Below, piece by piece: positions 24,785 through 36,894 of a DNA stretch of 64,000 bases (the first letter of the stretch is position 1; every line of letters starts with the position of its first letter). Source of the DNA: Heptranchias perlo (taxonomy: Eukaryota); NCBI RefSeq assembly GCF_035084215.1, contig NW_027139453.1, positions 8,680,001 through 8,744,000 of the forward strand, in the 5' to 3' direction. Position numbers and translations under genes: made by a program. The notes beneath the pieces were generated by a model that made no database searches, was not told the origin of the DNA, and was given only the letters and a program-made list of their open reading frames with translations.

Positions 24785-27017
24785 CCAAAGTGGGCAGGAA
24801 ACACGCGTGTGACACAAAACCGCGCATCGCCTCGACCTGTTGTTTTTTTTGCATATCAAACGTGTTTTTATCAGGAAGAGGAGACGAGTTACAATGAAGT
24901 GAGAGATTAGATATGGAGGCACTGGGGAAGATGCAACAAAGATTTTAAGGGTTATACGAGAACTGAGAAGTTATAACTATCAGGAAAGTTTGAACAGGCT
25001 GGGGCTCTTTTCTTGAGAGAAGCGAAGGCTGAGAGATGACCTGATAGAGTTCATTAAAATTTTGAAAGGGACTGATAGGTTAGACATAGGGAACATGTTT
25101 ACCCTTGTGGAGGAGACCAGAAGTAGGGACTTTAAATATTACATAGTCATTCATTAAACCTAATGGAATTCAGCAGAAACTTCTTCACCTACAGAGTGGT
25201 TAGAATGTCGAGCTCGACTCCACATGGAGTAGTTGAGCCGAATAGTGTAGATGCATTTAAGGGGAAGGTAGATAAATACATGAGGAAGAAAGGAGTAGAC
25301 GGATATGCTGATAGGGTGAGATGAAATAATGTGGGAGGATGTCCCTGCGATGCATAAACACAAGCATATACCAGTTGGGCCGAATGGCCTATTTCTATGC
25401 TGTTCATTGTATGTAATTAGAGTGATGAGCACGTACACAAACAGTGTGGGAATAATCTGTGAATTTGGGGAACTGACTCCTGGGTGAGGGAGGTAGATGT
25501 GGGATCAATGCAGGAATAAATGGGGGAACGCGATTGGACCTCATGGTCTTTTCTACACTTTGTCGCTGTTCCTGTTGGCGGGTAAGTAAAGCGAGCGCCC
25601 GATGTCACATCGAGGCCTTCGGGTCTGGTGCAGTATTAGAGATCCGACAAATCATGTGTTAAATACAGGCGGGATGGGCGAAAAGAGAAAGGGAGAAAGT
25701 AATAAAGAAAGGAAGAAAGAAGGAAAGAAAGAATGTGTAATGACTGTTGGTTTTTATCCACTGACATTCTGTTTCCTTTCTGCACGAGGACAGTAGTGGG
25801 CGCTCGAGGATCATGAAACACTTCAGTGCCCTGAAGATGGTGGTGCAGGAAAAGAAGGAGGCCATTCAGCTCCTCAAGCCTGTTGCATAGGAACAAGCGG
25901 AGATAATTCAGACCCTCGACCCTTGTACATAGGTACAGAACGAGTCCATTCAGCCCCTCAATCGTCTTAAATATAAACAGGTGGATGACATTCATTCCAC
26001 AGAGTCTGTTCCGACATTCAATTAGTTCATGGATGATCTGTAGCTCAACTCCATTTAACGCCTTGGTTCCATATTCCTCGATCCCCTGACTCAACAAAAA
26101 TCTATCAATCTCGGTCTACAAAGCTGCAATTGACCCCCAGCATCCACAGGCTTTTTGGGGGAGAGAGTTGCAGATTTCCACTAACCTTTGTGTGAAGAAG
26201 TCTTATTGGCATCACACCAGAACGGCCTTGGTTCAAGTTTAAGGTTCTGTCCCCTTGTGCTGGACTCCCAAACCAGAGGAAATGCTTTTACTTTCTATCT
26301 ACCCAATCAAATCCTTTAATCATCTTAAACACCTCAATTAGATCACCCCTTACTTTTCTATATTCCAGGGAATACAAGCCAAATTTATGCAACTTATCCT
26401 CATAATTTAACCCTATAAACCCTGGTATTATTGCAGTCAATTCGCCCTGGGCTCTCTGCAAGGTCAATATATCTGTCTGAGGTACGGAGCCGAGAACTGA
26501 ACGCGGTTCTCCAGATGGGGTCGAAACATATCTCTCTATAAAACTGGAGCATAACTTCCACCCCTTTGTATTCCAATCCTCTTGAGGAAAAGGCCAACAT
26601 TCCATTCGACTTTTCACTTATTTTATGTATCTTTCCACAGTGATTTCTGTACATGAATCCCCCAAATCTCTCTGCTCCTCCAAATTTGCGAGCTACACAC
26701 CATTTAGTAAATACTCTCCGATTTAGCTTTCTTAAGCCCAAAATGAATGACCTCGCACTTTGCCACTTTGAACTAAATCTGCCACAGTTTTGACAACTCA
26801 CTTTACCTGTCTATGTGCACTTTGCTAATTCCTTCTGCCATTTGCTCTATTTATTGTCAATCGTAGAGGGAAGGCGGGGCGTGTCCAAACCTGCTTCACT
26901 TCCTTATCCTCCTCATGTTTTCCTGAATGATTTCAAAAGAGCAGGTTGGCTCCCCACAAGACTCAACGCTGCTGTTCTCGTTCCTTTCCTTATTAAGAGA
27001 AAAGCTTCAAATAAAAT

Positions 27018-27672
27018 ATGTCTCTGTTACTGGGCCTGATCATCTTATTTCACTGTAAGAGATCTTTTCAAACAATAAGTCTTGATACTAATATTTCTTT
27101 ACGTAATCTTTCCTTCTTTCTTTCTGTTCATTCCTTTTATTCTTTCTGTCTTCTTTTTTTCTGTCTTTCCTTCCATCTGTATTTCTTTTCTTCTTTCTAT
27201 GTTTCTTTCGTTCTTGCTTTCAATCTTTCTCTCTATCTCCCATTCCTTCGCCCATGAATGATCCTGCTTGCTGAAATCTTCCTCTCCCCATCTCTTTGCC
27301 AGATTTGAACTCACAGACGATCCGCCAGATTCCCCGCCTCTGTCCCCAAATTTCCTGGGGAAACTCCTTCTGCCATTTGCTCTATCCATTGTCAATCGGA
27401 GAGGGAAGGCGGGGCGTCTCCAAACCTGCATCACTTCTTTATCATCCTCATGTTTTCCTGAATGAATTGAAAAGAGCGGGTTGGCTCCTCAAAACACTCA
27501 ACGCTGCTGTTCTCGTTCCTTTCCTTATTAAGAGAAAAGCTTCAAGTAAATGATGTCTCTGAATTGAAATGCACCGTGGAGGGAGCCATTACCCCTTACA
27601 TGTAATGGTACTGACAACACCCGTGGAAGGAGCCGCAGTTTATATATTACGGTGCCTGGAGCGCTCACAGCG
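27018..27672 (+). pseudogene. TRBV: Rearranged TCR V pseudogene V8 (leader 27018-27054; V exon split by an insertion and internally deleted)
   Basis: Leader MSLLLGLIILFH+GT; FR1 from 27303; copy of its own promoter at ~27362-27550; then GAATTGAAATGCACCGTGGAGGG..TAATGGTAC..TATTACGGTGCCTGGAG and CACAGCG with no nonamer. Confidence 0.75.
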
Positions 27673-28407
27673 AGACGTACACGGGGGGAGAGGGGGAGGG
27701 GTGGTTGCTCTGTGAAAATGAATGCCAGCTGGTGGCCCACTGATGCGGGTTGGCTCAGTGGTGAGACTCGTTGTCTCTCTGGCTGTTATGTTCAAGGTCC
27801 TCAGACGGTATTGTTGGATTCAAATAAAAATAAGAGAAAAGTGCCGTTAAGCACACCCACGAAATTACTTTCTCTTCCATATAGCTGTATATCTGTGGCC
27901 ATTCGTGTTCCAACTCATCGATTGGTATCTCTGAAATGCAATGTGTTAATTGCAGTCTGAATAGAGTGGGGCCGTTTGCAAATTGCACAATCAAGGGCGA
28001 GTCTTTAAAACACCCTGATCGTCATAGGCCCAATAATGAGCCCAACCATGTGGTAGAACAGGTGATCATCCCCGTTTGACCCAAATATTGTTGTACCATC
28101 TGCAGCTCATTATTTTGGTTTAGCCCCGCGTTGTCCAATAGCCGCTAGCCACATGTGGCAGATTGGGAATCCAGATGTGATTAATTTCCGAACTGATTGC
28201 AAATACAAAATAAGTAATTTCGTCATTAGCAACCACGTTGATTCTAATTGGTTCAACCTGGAAAGCGGGCGTGCCCAACACTGAATCTCTTCCTTGTTCT
28301 CTTCATGTTTTCCTGAATGATTTGAAAAGGGCGGGTTGGCTCCTCACAAGACTCAACGCTGCTGTTCTGGCTCCTTTCCTTATCAAGAGTGACGCTTACG
28401 TAAAGAG

Positions 28408-28961
28408 ATGAATCTGTTACTAGGCCTGATCATCTTGATTCACCGTAAATTATTTTTTTCAAACTATTATTCTTGTTAACAACATTTAATAACGTTTTAT
28501 TTCTTTCTTCCTTTCCTTCTTTCTATCTTTCCCTCGTTCTCTTCTTCACTCTATCTACTTTTATTTCTCTGTTTCTCTCTTCCTCCCTTTCTCTCTTTCT
28601 CCCTTTCCCCATTTCCGCGAATGTCCCTATTTAATGTTATCCTCCTCTCCCCATCTCTTTCGCAGATGTGAACTTGCAGAGTATCCGCCAGACGCCCGCC
28701 ACTGTCGCCAAATTTCCTTGGGAGAGAGTGGAACTGAATTGTGCCCTGGAGGGCACCAGTTACACTTACATGTATTGGTACAGACAAAACCCGGGGAAGG
28801 AGCCAGAGTTAATGTTTTACTCCGTGGCTGCCAATTTCGTGAGTCCAGAGGGGACGGTGGACGGATTTACCGCCAAGCGACCGAATGACAACCAGATCAA
28901 CCTGGAGACCTCTGGCGTGCGGGCGAATCACTCGGCCGTGTATTACTGCGCTTGGAGTCTG
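28408..28961 (+). CDS. TRBV: TCR V segment V9 (TRBV30-like), apparently functional; leader 28408-28444, V exon 28666-28961
   Basis: Leader MNLLLGLIILIH, GT-AG intron, open exon VNLQSIRQTP..CALEGTSYTYMYWYRQ..YYCAWSL. Confidence 0.92.
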
Positions 28962-29000
28962 CACAGTGACTCAGAGAGATCGAGGAGTTCAACAAAAACC
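28962..29000 (+). other. 23-bp spacer RSS of V9
   Basis: CACAGTG + 23 nt + ACAAAAACC. Confidence 0.95.
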
Positions 29001-29829
29001 CCTAATGGGCAGGAAACACCTGTTTGACATATAACCGCGCGTCGCCTCGTCATGTTGTTTTTTTGCATAGCAAAAATGCTTTTGGCAAGAAGAGACGGGC
29101 TGGTATAAAAGTGAGGGATTAGATATATAGGCACTGGAGAAGGTGCAACAAAGATTTACAAGGATGATACCTGTACTGAGAGGTTATAACTGTCAGGAAA
29201 GCCTGAACAGGCTGTGGCTCTGTTCGCTAGAAAAGTGATGGCTGTGATGTGTCCTGATAGAGGTTTTTGAAATGATGTAAGGTGATAATAGGATGGGTTT
29301 AGAGAACGTGTTTCCTCTTGTCGGGAGACCAAAATTAGGCAGCATAAATATAAATAGTCGCTGTTAAATCCAATAAGAAATTCCGGAGAAATGTCTTTAA
29401 CCAGAGAAAGGTTTGAATGTGGAACTCGCTTCCACAAGTGGTTGAGGTGAATAGCATAGATATATTTGAGGGGAAGCTAGATAAATACATGAGAGGGAAA
29501 GGAATAGAAGGATATTCTGATCGAGTGAGATGAAGAAAGGTTGGATCAAGCATTATGGGGCTGATTTGTGAAGTTAGCGAACTTACTCCTGGGTATCGGG
29601 AGGGGGTGGGGTTTGCCGGGGAGGAGGGGTCAGTGTGGGAATAAATTGGGGGATCGGGTTTGGAACTCATGATCTTTTCTACGCTTTATCGCTGTGCCTG
29701 TTGTCGGGTAAATGCCCCATGTCACATATAAAACCTTTGGGTCTGGTGGTGGAGTGGATTAGAGAGCCTACAAATCAAGTGTTCAACATAGGCAGGATAG
29801 AGGAAAAGGGAGCGAGAGAAAGAAAGAAC

Positions 29830-30270
29830 ATACCAACAGACCAATTAAGAGCAGGAGTAGGCCATTCGGCCCCTCGAGCCTGCTGTGCCATTTGATAAGA
29901 ACATGGCTGATCTGATTGCGATCTCAACCCTAATTTCCCCGTTTACCTTTGACTCCCTTGTTAATCAGGAATCTATCTAACTCAGCCTTATAAATATTCA
30001 ATGACCCTGCCGTCACCGCTCTCTGTGGAAGGGAATTCCACAGACTCGCGAACCTCTGATAGAAAAAATAATATCCTCATCTCCATCTTAAATGGGAGGC
30101 CCCTTGTTCTAATCTCTCCCACAAGGGGAAACATCCCCTCAGCATCTACTCATTCCAGTCCCCTCAGGATCCTATATGTTTCAATAAGATCACCTCTCAT
30201 TCTCCTAAACGCCAGTGGATATCGGCCCAACTTGTCCTACCTTTCCTCATAAGATAACCCTCTCATCCAA
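29830..30270 (-). mobile_element. CR1-like 3' fragment
   Basis: Typical 3' end (GCAGGAGTAGGCCATTCGGCCCCTCGAGCC) and AGATCACCTCTCATTCT (RGDL on the minus strand). Confidence 0.6.
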
Positions 30271-31239
30271 GGAATGAAGAAAGAAAGAAGGATGGAAAAA
30301 AAGATTGAAATAAAAATTGAAAGAAGGAAAGTAAAAAGATAGGTGAGTTTTCATCCACTGATATTGTGTTTTAATTCTCCACCCAGACAGCAGAGGGCGC
30401 TCTAGGACCATAACGTGCAGAAGTGTCCTGAACATTGTTTAATAATAACAGGAGGTGACCATTCAGCTCCTCGAGCCAGTTACATCGGAACAGGAGAAGG
30501 CCCCCCGATCCTGTTATACAAAAACAGGAGTAGGACATTCAGCCACTCGAGCGAGCTCCACCGTTCAATTGGATCAAGGCTGATCTGTGCCTCATCTTTA
30601 TCTATCCGCCTTGGGCCTGTAACTATTAAGTAACAAAAATCTACCGATCTCAGTCTTGAAAGCTGCAATTGACCCCCAGCTTCCACAGCCTTTTGGGGGA
30701 GAGAGTTCCAGATTTCCACTGCCCTTTCTGAGAAGAAGTGCCTCCTGACTTCACAATTAAACGGTCCCGTTCAAATTTTAGGAGTTTTTTTTACATATTC
30801 ATGGCTTGTGGGCGTCGCTGGTAATGCTAGCATTTATTGCCCATTCCTAATTGACCTTGAGAAGGCGGTGGTGAGCCGCCTTCTTGAACAGCTGCAGGTT
30901 ACGCCCCCTTGTTTAGGACTCCCCCACCAGAGGAATTAGTTGCTCTCCAGCTAACGTAGCGAAACATTGTCGCATCTTAAACACCTCAATCAGATTATCC
31001 CTCAATCTTCTACGCTCAAGGTAATACCAGGCTAGCCTATGCAACCTGTCCTCATAATTGAACACTTTTAGCCCCGGTGTTATTCAGGTGAATCTGCACT
31101 GCATCACCTCCAAAGCCAAAATATCCTTCCTGACGTGCGGTGCCCAGAACTGAATGCAGTTCTCCAGATGGTCTCTGAGCAGAGCTCTGTCTAACTGTAA
31201 GTTCACTTCCAAAGCTTTGTATTCCAGCCTTCCTGAGAT

Positions 31240-34200
31240 AAATGTAAGGAATCTTACAACACCAGGTTATAGTCCAACAAATTTATTTTAAAATCACAAG
31301 CTTTCGGAGATTATCTCCTTCGTCAGATGAATGAATGAAAAGGTTCTCAAATCGCATATCTTATACGATGTTGGGACAGCATCACACCAATCAAAAGGTG
31401 TCGTTGTTATTCAAACAGGCCAGTCACGGAGAACAGCACGTCCCAGTACACTCGATATACATTGTGTCTTTTATACAGGCAGGCAGAAAGAAACTCAAAA
31501 TGGCAGAGAGAGAGAGAGAGAGAATTTTAAAAAACATATAAATTTTTCCCCTTTTTGCTGGTGGGGTTACGTGTAGCGTGACATGAACCCAAGATCCCGG
31601 TTGAGGCCGTCCTCATGGGTGCGGAACTTGGCTATCAACTTCTGCTCGACGATTTTGCGTTGTCGTGTGTCTCGAAGGCCGCCTTGGAGAACGCTTACCC
31701 GAAGATCGGTGGCTGAATGTCCTTGACTGCTAAAGTGTTCCCCGACTGGGAGGGAACCCTCCTGTTTGGCGATTGTTGCGCGGTGTCCGTTCATCCGTTG
31801 TCGCAGCGTCTGCATGGTCTCGCCAATGTACCATGCTCCGGGGCATCCTTTCCTGCAACGTATGAGGTAAACAACGTTGGCCGAGTCACAGGAGTATGAA
31901 CCGTGTACCTGGTGGGTGGTGTCCTCTCATGTGATGGTGGTATCTGTGTCGATGATCTGGCATGTCTTGCAGAGGTTACCATGGCAGGGTTGTGTGGTGT
32001 CGTGGACACTGTTCTCCTGAAAGCTGGGTAATTTGCTGCGAACGATGGTCTGTTTGAGGTTGGGTGGCTGTTTAAAGTCGAGTAGTGGAGGTGTGGGGAT
32101 GGCCTTAGCGAGGTGTTCGTCGTCATCGATGACATGTTGAAGGCTGCGGAGAACATGTTGTAGTTTCTCCGCTCCAGGGAAGTACTGGACGACGAAGGGT
32201 ACTCTGTTGGTTGCGTTCCGTGTTTGTCTTCTGAGGAGGTCTATGCGATTCTTCGCTGTGGCCCGTCGGAACTGTCGATCGACAAGTCGAGCGTCATATC
32301 CCGTTCTTACGAGGGCGTCTTTCAGCGTCTGTAGGTGTCCATCACGTTCCTCCTCGTCTGAGCAGACCCTGTGTATTCGTAGGGCCTGTCCATAGGGGAT
32401 GGCCTCTTTGCCGTGGTTGGGGTGGAAGTTGGAAAAGTGGAGCATCGTGAGGTTGTCCGTGGGCTTGCGGTAGAGTGAGGTGCTGAGGTGCCCGTCTTTG
32501 ATGGAGATTTGTGTGTCCAAGAAAGAAACCGATTCTGAGGAGTAATCCATGGTGAGTTTGATGGTGGGATGGAACTTGTTGATGTTATCGTGTAGTCTCT
32601 TCAGTGATTCTTCGCCGTGGGTCCATAGGAAGAAAATGTCGTCGATGTATCTGGTGTATAGTGTTGGTTGGAGGTCCTGTGCAGTGAAGAAGTCCTGCTC
32701 GAACTTGTGCATGAAAATGTTGGCGTATTGGGGTGCGAATTTGGTCCCCATGGCTGTTCCGTGTGTTTGGGTAAAGAACTGGTTATTGAAGGTGAAGACA
32801 TTGTGATCCAGGATGAAGCGGATGATTTGTAGGATGGCATCTGGAGATTGGCTGTTGTTGGTGTTGAGGACTGAGGCTGTTGCAGCGATGCCGTCATCGT
32901 GGGGGATACTGGTGTAGAGTGCCGAGACGTCCATCGTGGTGAGAAGTGTTCCTGGTTCAACTGGACCGTGGGTGCTGAGTTTTTGTAGGAAGTCTGTAGT
33001 GTCGCGACAGAAGCTGGGGGTTCCCTGTACGATGGGTTTCAGGATGCCCTCGACGTATCCAGAGATGTTCTCACACAGGGTTCCGTTGCCTGATACGATA
33101 GGACGTCCGGGTGTGTTGGCTTTGTGTATCTTTGGGAGGCAGTAGAAGTCTCCCATGCGGGGAGTACGTGGAATGAGAGTGCGTAGGATGCTTTGAAGGT
33201 CTGGATCGAAGGTCTTGATCAGTTTGTTGAGCTGGTGGGTGTGTTCTTTGTTCGGATCTGCGGGTAACCGTCTGTAGTGTTCCTGGTTGTCCAGTTGTCG
33301 GTATGCTTCTTTGCAATAGTCCGTTCTGTTCTGTATGACAATGGCTCCTCCTTTGTCCGCTGGTTTGATGACGAGGTTTCGGTTGGTCTTGAGAGCGTTG
33401 ATGGCGTTGCGTTGTGCTCGGGTGACATTCTGGATTGTCTTCTGAGTGCGCCTGATGAATCTGGCATTGACGCATTTCCTGACAGCTTGGGCATACATGT
33501 CAAGCTGAGGGTAGCGACCCTCCGGAGGAGTCCAGTTTGACTCTTTCCTCTTCGGTTGCTGTACCGTGGATCCCTCTGTCTGCTGTTCTGGATCATTGAT
33601 TGTCTCATTGGGTTCACTGTTGAAATCTTGGGGTTTGTGGTAAAATTCCCGGAGCCTCATTCTCCTAATGAATTCCTCTGTGTCCGCCGCGAGACCGATG
33701 CGGTCCATTTTGGTGGTGGGGCAGAAATTGAGCCCTCGGCTGAGAACCTCGATTTCGTCTGGTTGAAGGGTGTGGTCGGACAAATTGATGATAGACTTCC
33801 CTGTGGTTGTAACCGTGGTACCGGTGGAGGCTTGGTTGATGCTGGTGGTGATGCCGAGTTTCTCAAGCTTCCTGCTCTTGGTTTTCATGTAGGCAGTGTA
33901 GTTCCGTTGCCTCGTCTGTTTGGCGGTATATCGTAGCTGGTCTGCTGTGTCCTGAGTACAGGTTGAGAGTATGGACTCTATCTTGGTTTCGAGGTTGTGG
34001 AGTCTGCTGTAGAGTTGGTGTATGAGATGGTTGCAGAGTGTGCGAGAGGTACGGCGGCAGAGTCTCTCAGCGTAATCCGAGTTGTATGTTGACTTGAGTG
34101 GGTTCTTGATCTGTAGTCCTTTCGGGATCTTGTCTGCTTTCTTGCAGCTCTGTAAAAACTTGATGTCTGTGTCGATATGTGCAATCTTCATGGAGATCAT

Positions 34201-34552
34201 TAACACTGTGAGCCGGCAGTTTGTGGTGTCGATAGTAGCCATGATGTGGAGATGCCGGTGATGGACTGGGGTGGACAAATGTAAGGAATTTTACAACACC
34301 AGGTTATAGTCCAACAAATTTATTTTAAAATCACAAGCTTTTGGAGATTATCTCCTTCGTCAGATGAATGAATGAAAAGGTTCTCAAATCGCATATCTTA
34401 TACGATGTTGGGACAGCATCACACCAATCAAAAGGTGTCGTTGTTATTCAAACAGGCCAGTCACGGAGAACAGCACGTCCCAGTACACTCGATATACATT
34501 GTGTCTTTTACACAGGCAGGCAGAAAGAAACTCAAAATGGCAGAGAGAGAGA
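31240..34552 (-). mobile_element. Penelope-like retroelement (probably Neptune-type), full unit plus upstream partial repeat (pseudo-LTR)
   Basis: ORF 31567-34278 broken by one CGA>TGA at 31927; RT motifs YCLPKIHK, GRPIVS, DVSALYTSIP, GTAMG, RYIDD; Cys linker CHGNLCKTC; GIY-YIG; 31240-31510 repeated at 34278-34552. Confidence 0.92.
31294..31330 (-). ncRNA. Minimal hammerhead ribozyme motif in Penelope 3' repeat
   Basis: Minus strand UCAU-CUGACGA-A-GGAGA(UAA)UCUCC-GAAA-GCUU-GUGA. Confidence 0.65.
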
Positions 34553-36482
34553 GATACACAAAGCCAACACACCCGGACGTCCTATCGTATCAGGCAACGG
34601 AACCCTGTGTGAGAACCTCTCTGGATACGTCGAGGGCATCCTGAAACCCATCGTACAGGGAACCCCCAGCTTCTGTCGCGACACTACAGACTTCCTACAA
34701 AAACTCAGCACCCACGGACCAGTTGAACCAGGAACACTTCTCACCACGATGGACGTCTCGGCACTCTACACCAGTATCCCCCACGATGACGGCATCGCTG
34801 CAACAGCCTCAGTACTCAACACCAACAACAGCCAATCTCCAGATGCCATCCTACAACTCATCCGCTTCATCCTGGATCACAATATCTTCACCTTCAATAA
34901 CCAGTTCTTTACCCAAACACACGGAACAGCCATGGGGACCAAATTCGCACCCCAATACGCCAACATTTTCATGCACAAGTTCGAGCAGGACTTCTTCACT
35001 GCACAGGACCTCCAACCAACGCTATACACCAGATACATCGACGACATTTTTTTCCTATGGACCCACGGTGAGGAATCACTAAAGAGACTACACGATAACA
35101 TCAACAAGTTCCATCCCACCATCAAGCTCACCATGGACTACTCCTCAGAATCAGTTTATTTCTTGGACACACGAATCTCCATCAAAGACGGGCACCTCAG
35201 CACCTCACTCTACCGCAAGCCCACGGACAACCTCACGATGCTCCACTTTTCCAGCTTCGACCCTAACCACGTCAAAGAGGCCATCCCCTATGGACAGGCC
35301 CTGCGAATACACAGGGTCTGCTCAGACGAGGAGGAACGCGATGGACACCTGCAGATGCTGAAAGACGCCCTGGTAAGAACGGGATACGACGCTCGACTCA
35401 TCGATCGACAGTTCCGACGGGCCACAGCGAAAAATCGCATCGACCTCCTCAGGAGAGTAACACGGGACGCAACCAACAGAGTACCCTTTGTCGTCCAGTA
35501 CTTCCCCAGAGCGGAGAAACTACGCCATGTTCGCCGCAGCCTTCAACATGTCATCAATGAGGACAAACACCTCGCTATGGCCATCCCCACACCTCCACTA
35601 CTCGCCTTTAAACAGCCACCCAACCTCAAACAAACCATCTTTCGCAGCAAATTACCCAGCTTTCAGGAGAACAGCGTACACGGCACCACACAACCCTGCC
35701 ACGGTAACCGTTGCAAGACATGCCAGATCATCGACACAGATACCACCATCACACGAGAGGACACCACCCACCAGGTGCATGGTTCATACTCCTGTGACTC
35801 GGCCAACGTTGTCTACCTCATACGTTGCAGGAAATGATGCCCCAGAGCATGGTACATTGGCGAGACCATGCAGACGCTGCGACAATGGATGAACGGACAC
35901 CGCGCAACAATCGCCAAACAGGAGGGTTCCCTCCCAGTCGGGGAACACTTCAGCAGTCAAGGACATTCATCCACCGACCTTCGGGTAAGCATAATCCAAG
36001 GCGGCCTTCGAGACACACGACAACGCAAAATCGTCGAGCAGAATTTGATAGCCAAGTTCCGCACCCATGAGGACGGCCTCAACCGGGATCTTGGGTTCAT
36101 GTCATGCTACACGCAACACCAGCGAAAAAATGTTATCCGTTTTTAATATAAATGGTCAGTTGCTGTCTTTTCTATGTTTCTACCTCTCTATCTCTATGTT
36201 TTTTTCTATATTCGGAGACCTTGTTGGTAACACCTGCCTGTCTGCACACTGATTGCCTTGGCAACGGGCAGTTGAAAAGACAGTCTGTAATCACCACGCA
36301 TTGTTCTATGATTTATAAATGCGATTTCATTTCGAGGATGTCATTTCCACAAAATTCACCTGAGGAAGGAGGAAGCCTCCGAAAGCTTGTGAAATTAAAA
36401 TAAAATTGCTGGAGTATAACTTGGTATTGTGAAATTGTTTACAATTGTCAACCCCAGTCCATCACCGGCATCTCCACATCAT
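34551..36482 (+). mobile_element. 5'-truncated Penelope-like element in opposite orientation
   Basis: IHKANTPGRPIVS..RYIDD..VVYLIRCRK then premature TGA at 35835; 3' UTR differs from the neighbouring copy; ends with the first ~40 nt of a next unit. Confidence 0.9.
36355..36393 (+). ncRNA. Minimal hammerhead ribozyme motif
   Basis: UUCAC-CUGAGGA-A-GGAGG(AAG)CCUCC-GAAA-GCUU-GUGAA; perfect 5-bp helices I and II. Confidence 0.7.
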
Positions 36483-36894
36483 AAATATCCACAAATAACC
36501 TTGGTTCACAGAAATCTATCAATCTCAGATTTAACATTCACAAGTGAGCTCGCATCAACTGCCGACTGCAGAAGAGCGTTCCAAACGTCAACCAAACTTT
36601 CCGTGCAGAAGCCGAGGTTTTGTGGATGCAACACACCTGGAGAAAAGAAAATGTCTCAAGATGTTTTGCAGATTGAAGCTGAATATGAATTTATCCCAAT
36701 TCACGCAATGTCATGAATGCAGAATGAGAATGCTTCTGCATTGTGCCGTAATCGAACTCCAACTTCCTGTGTGGCAGGAAGCTGCGACAATGGATGAACG
36801 ATGATTCTGCTCGACGATTTTGCGTTGTCGTGTGTCTCGACCAATTTTACACAAAAGCCCAAGCAGCTGTTTGATGACGCGCTGCTATCTGGTG

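Noticed and set aside
1-29000. Assignment as immunoglobulin, IgNAR or NAR-TCR V clusters
   Set aside because: No octamer noticed in promoters, no adjacent D-J-C per cluster, and CAWS/WYRQ/CDR1 pattern fits TRBV30-like genes
34368-35837. 489-aa ORF as a novel RT gene
   Set aside because: N-terminus is antisense Penelope UTR joined to a truncated Penelope RT
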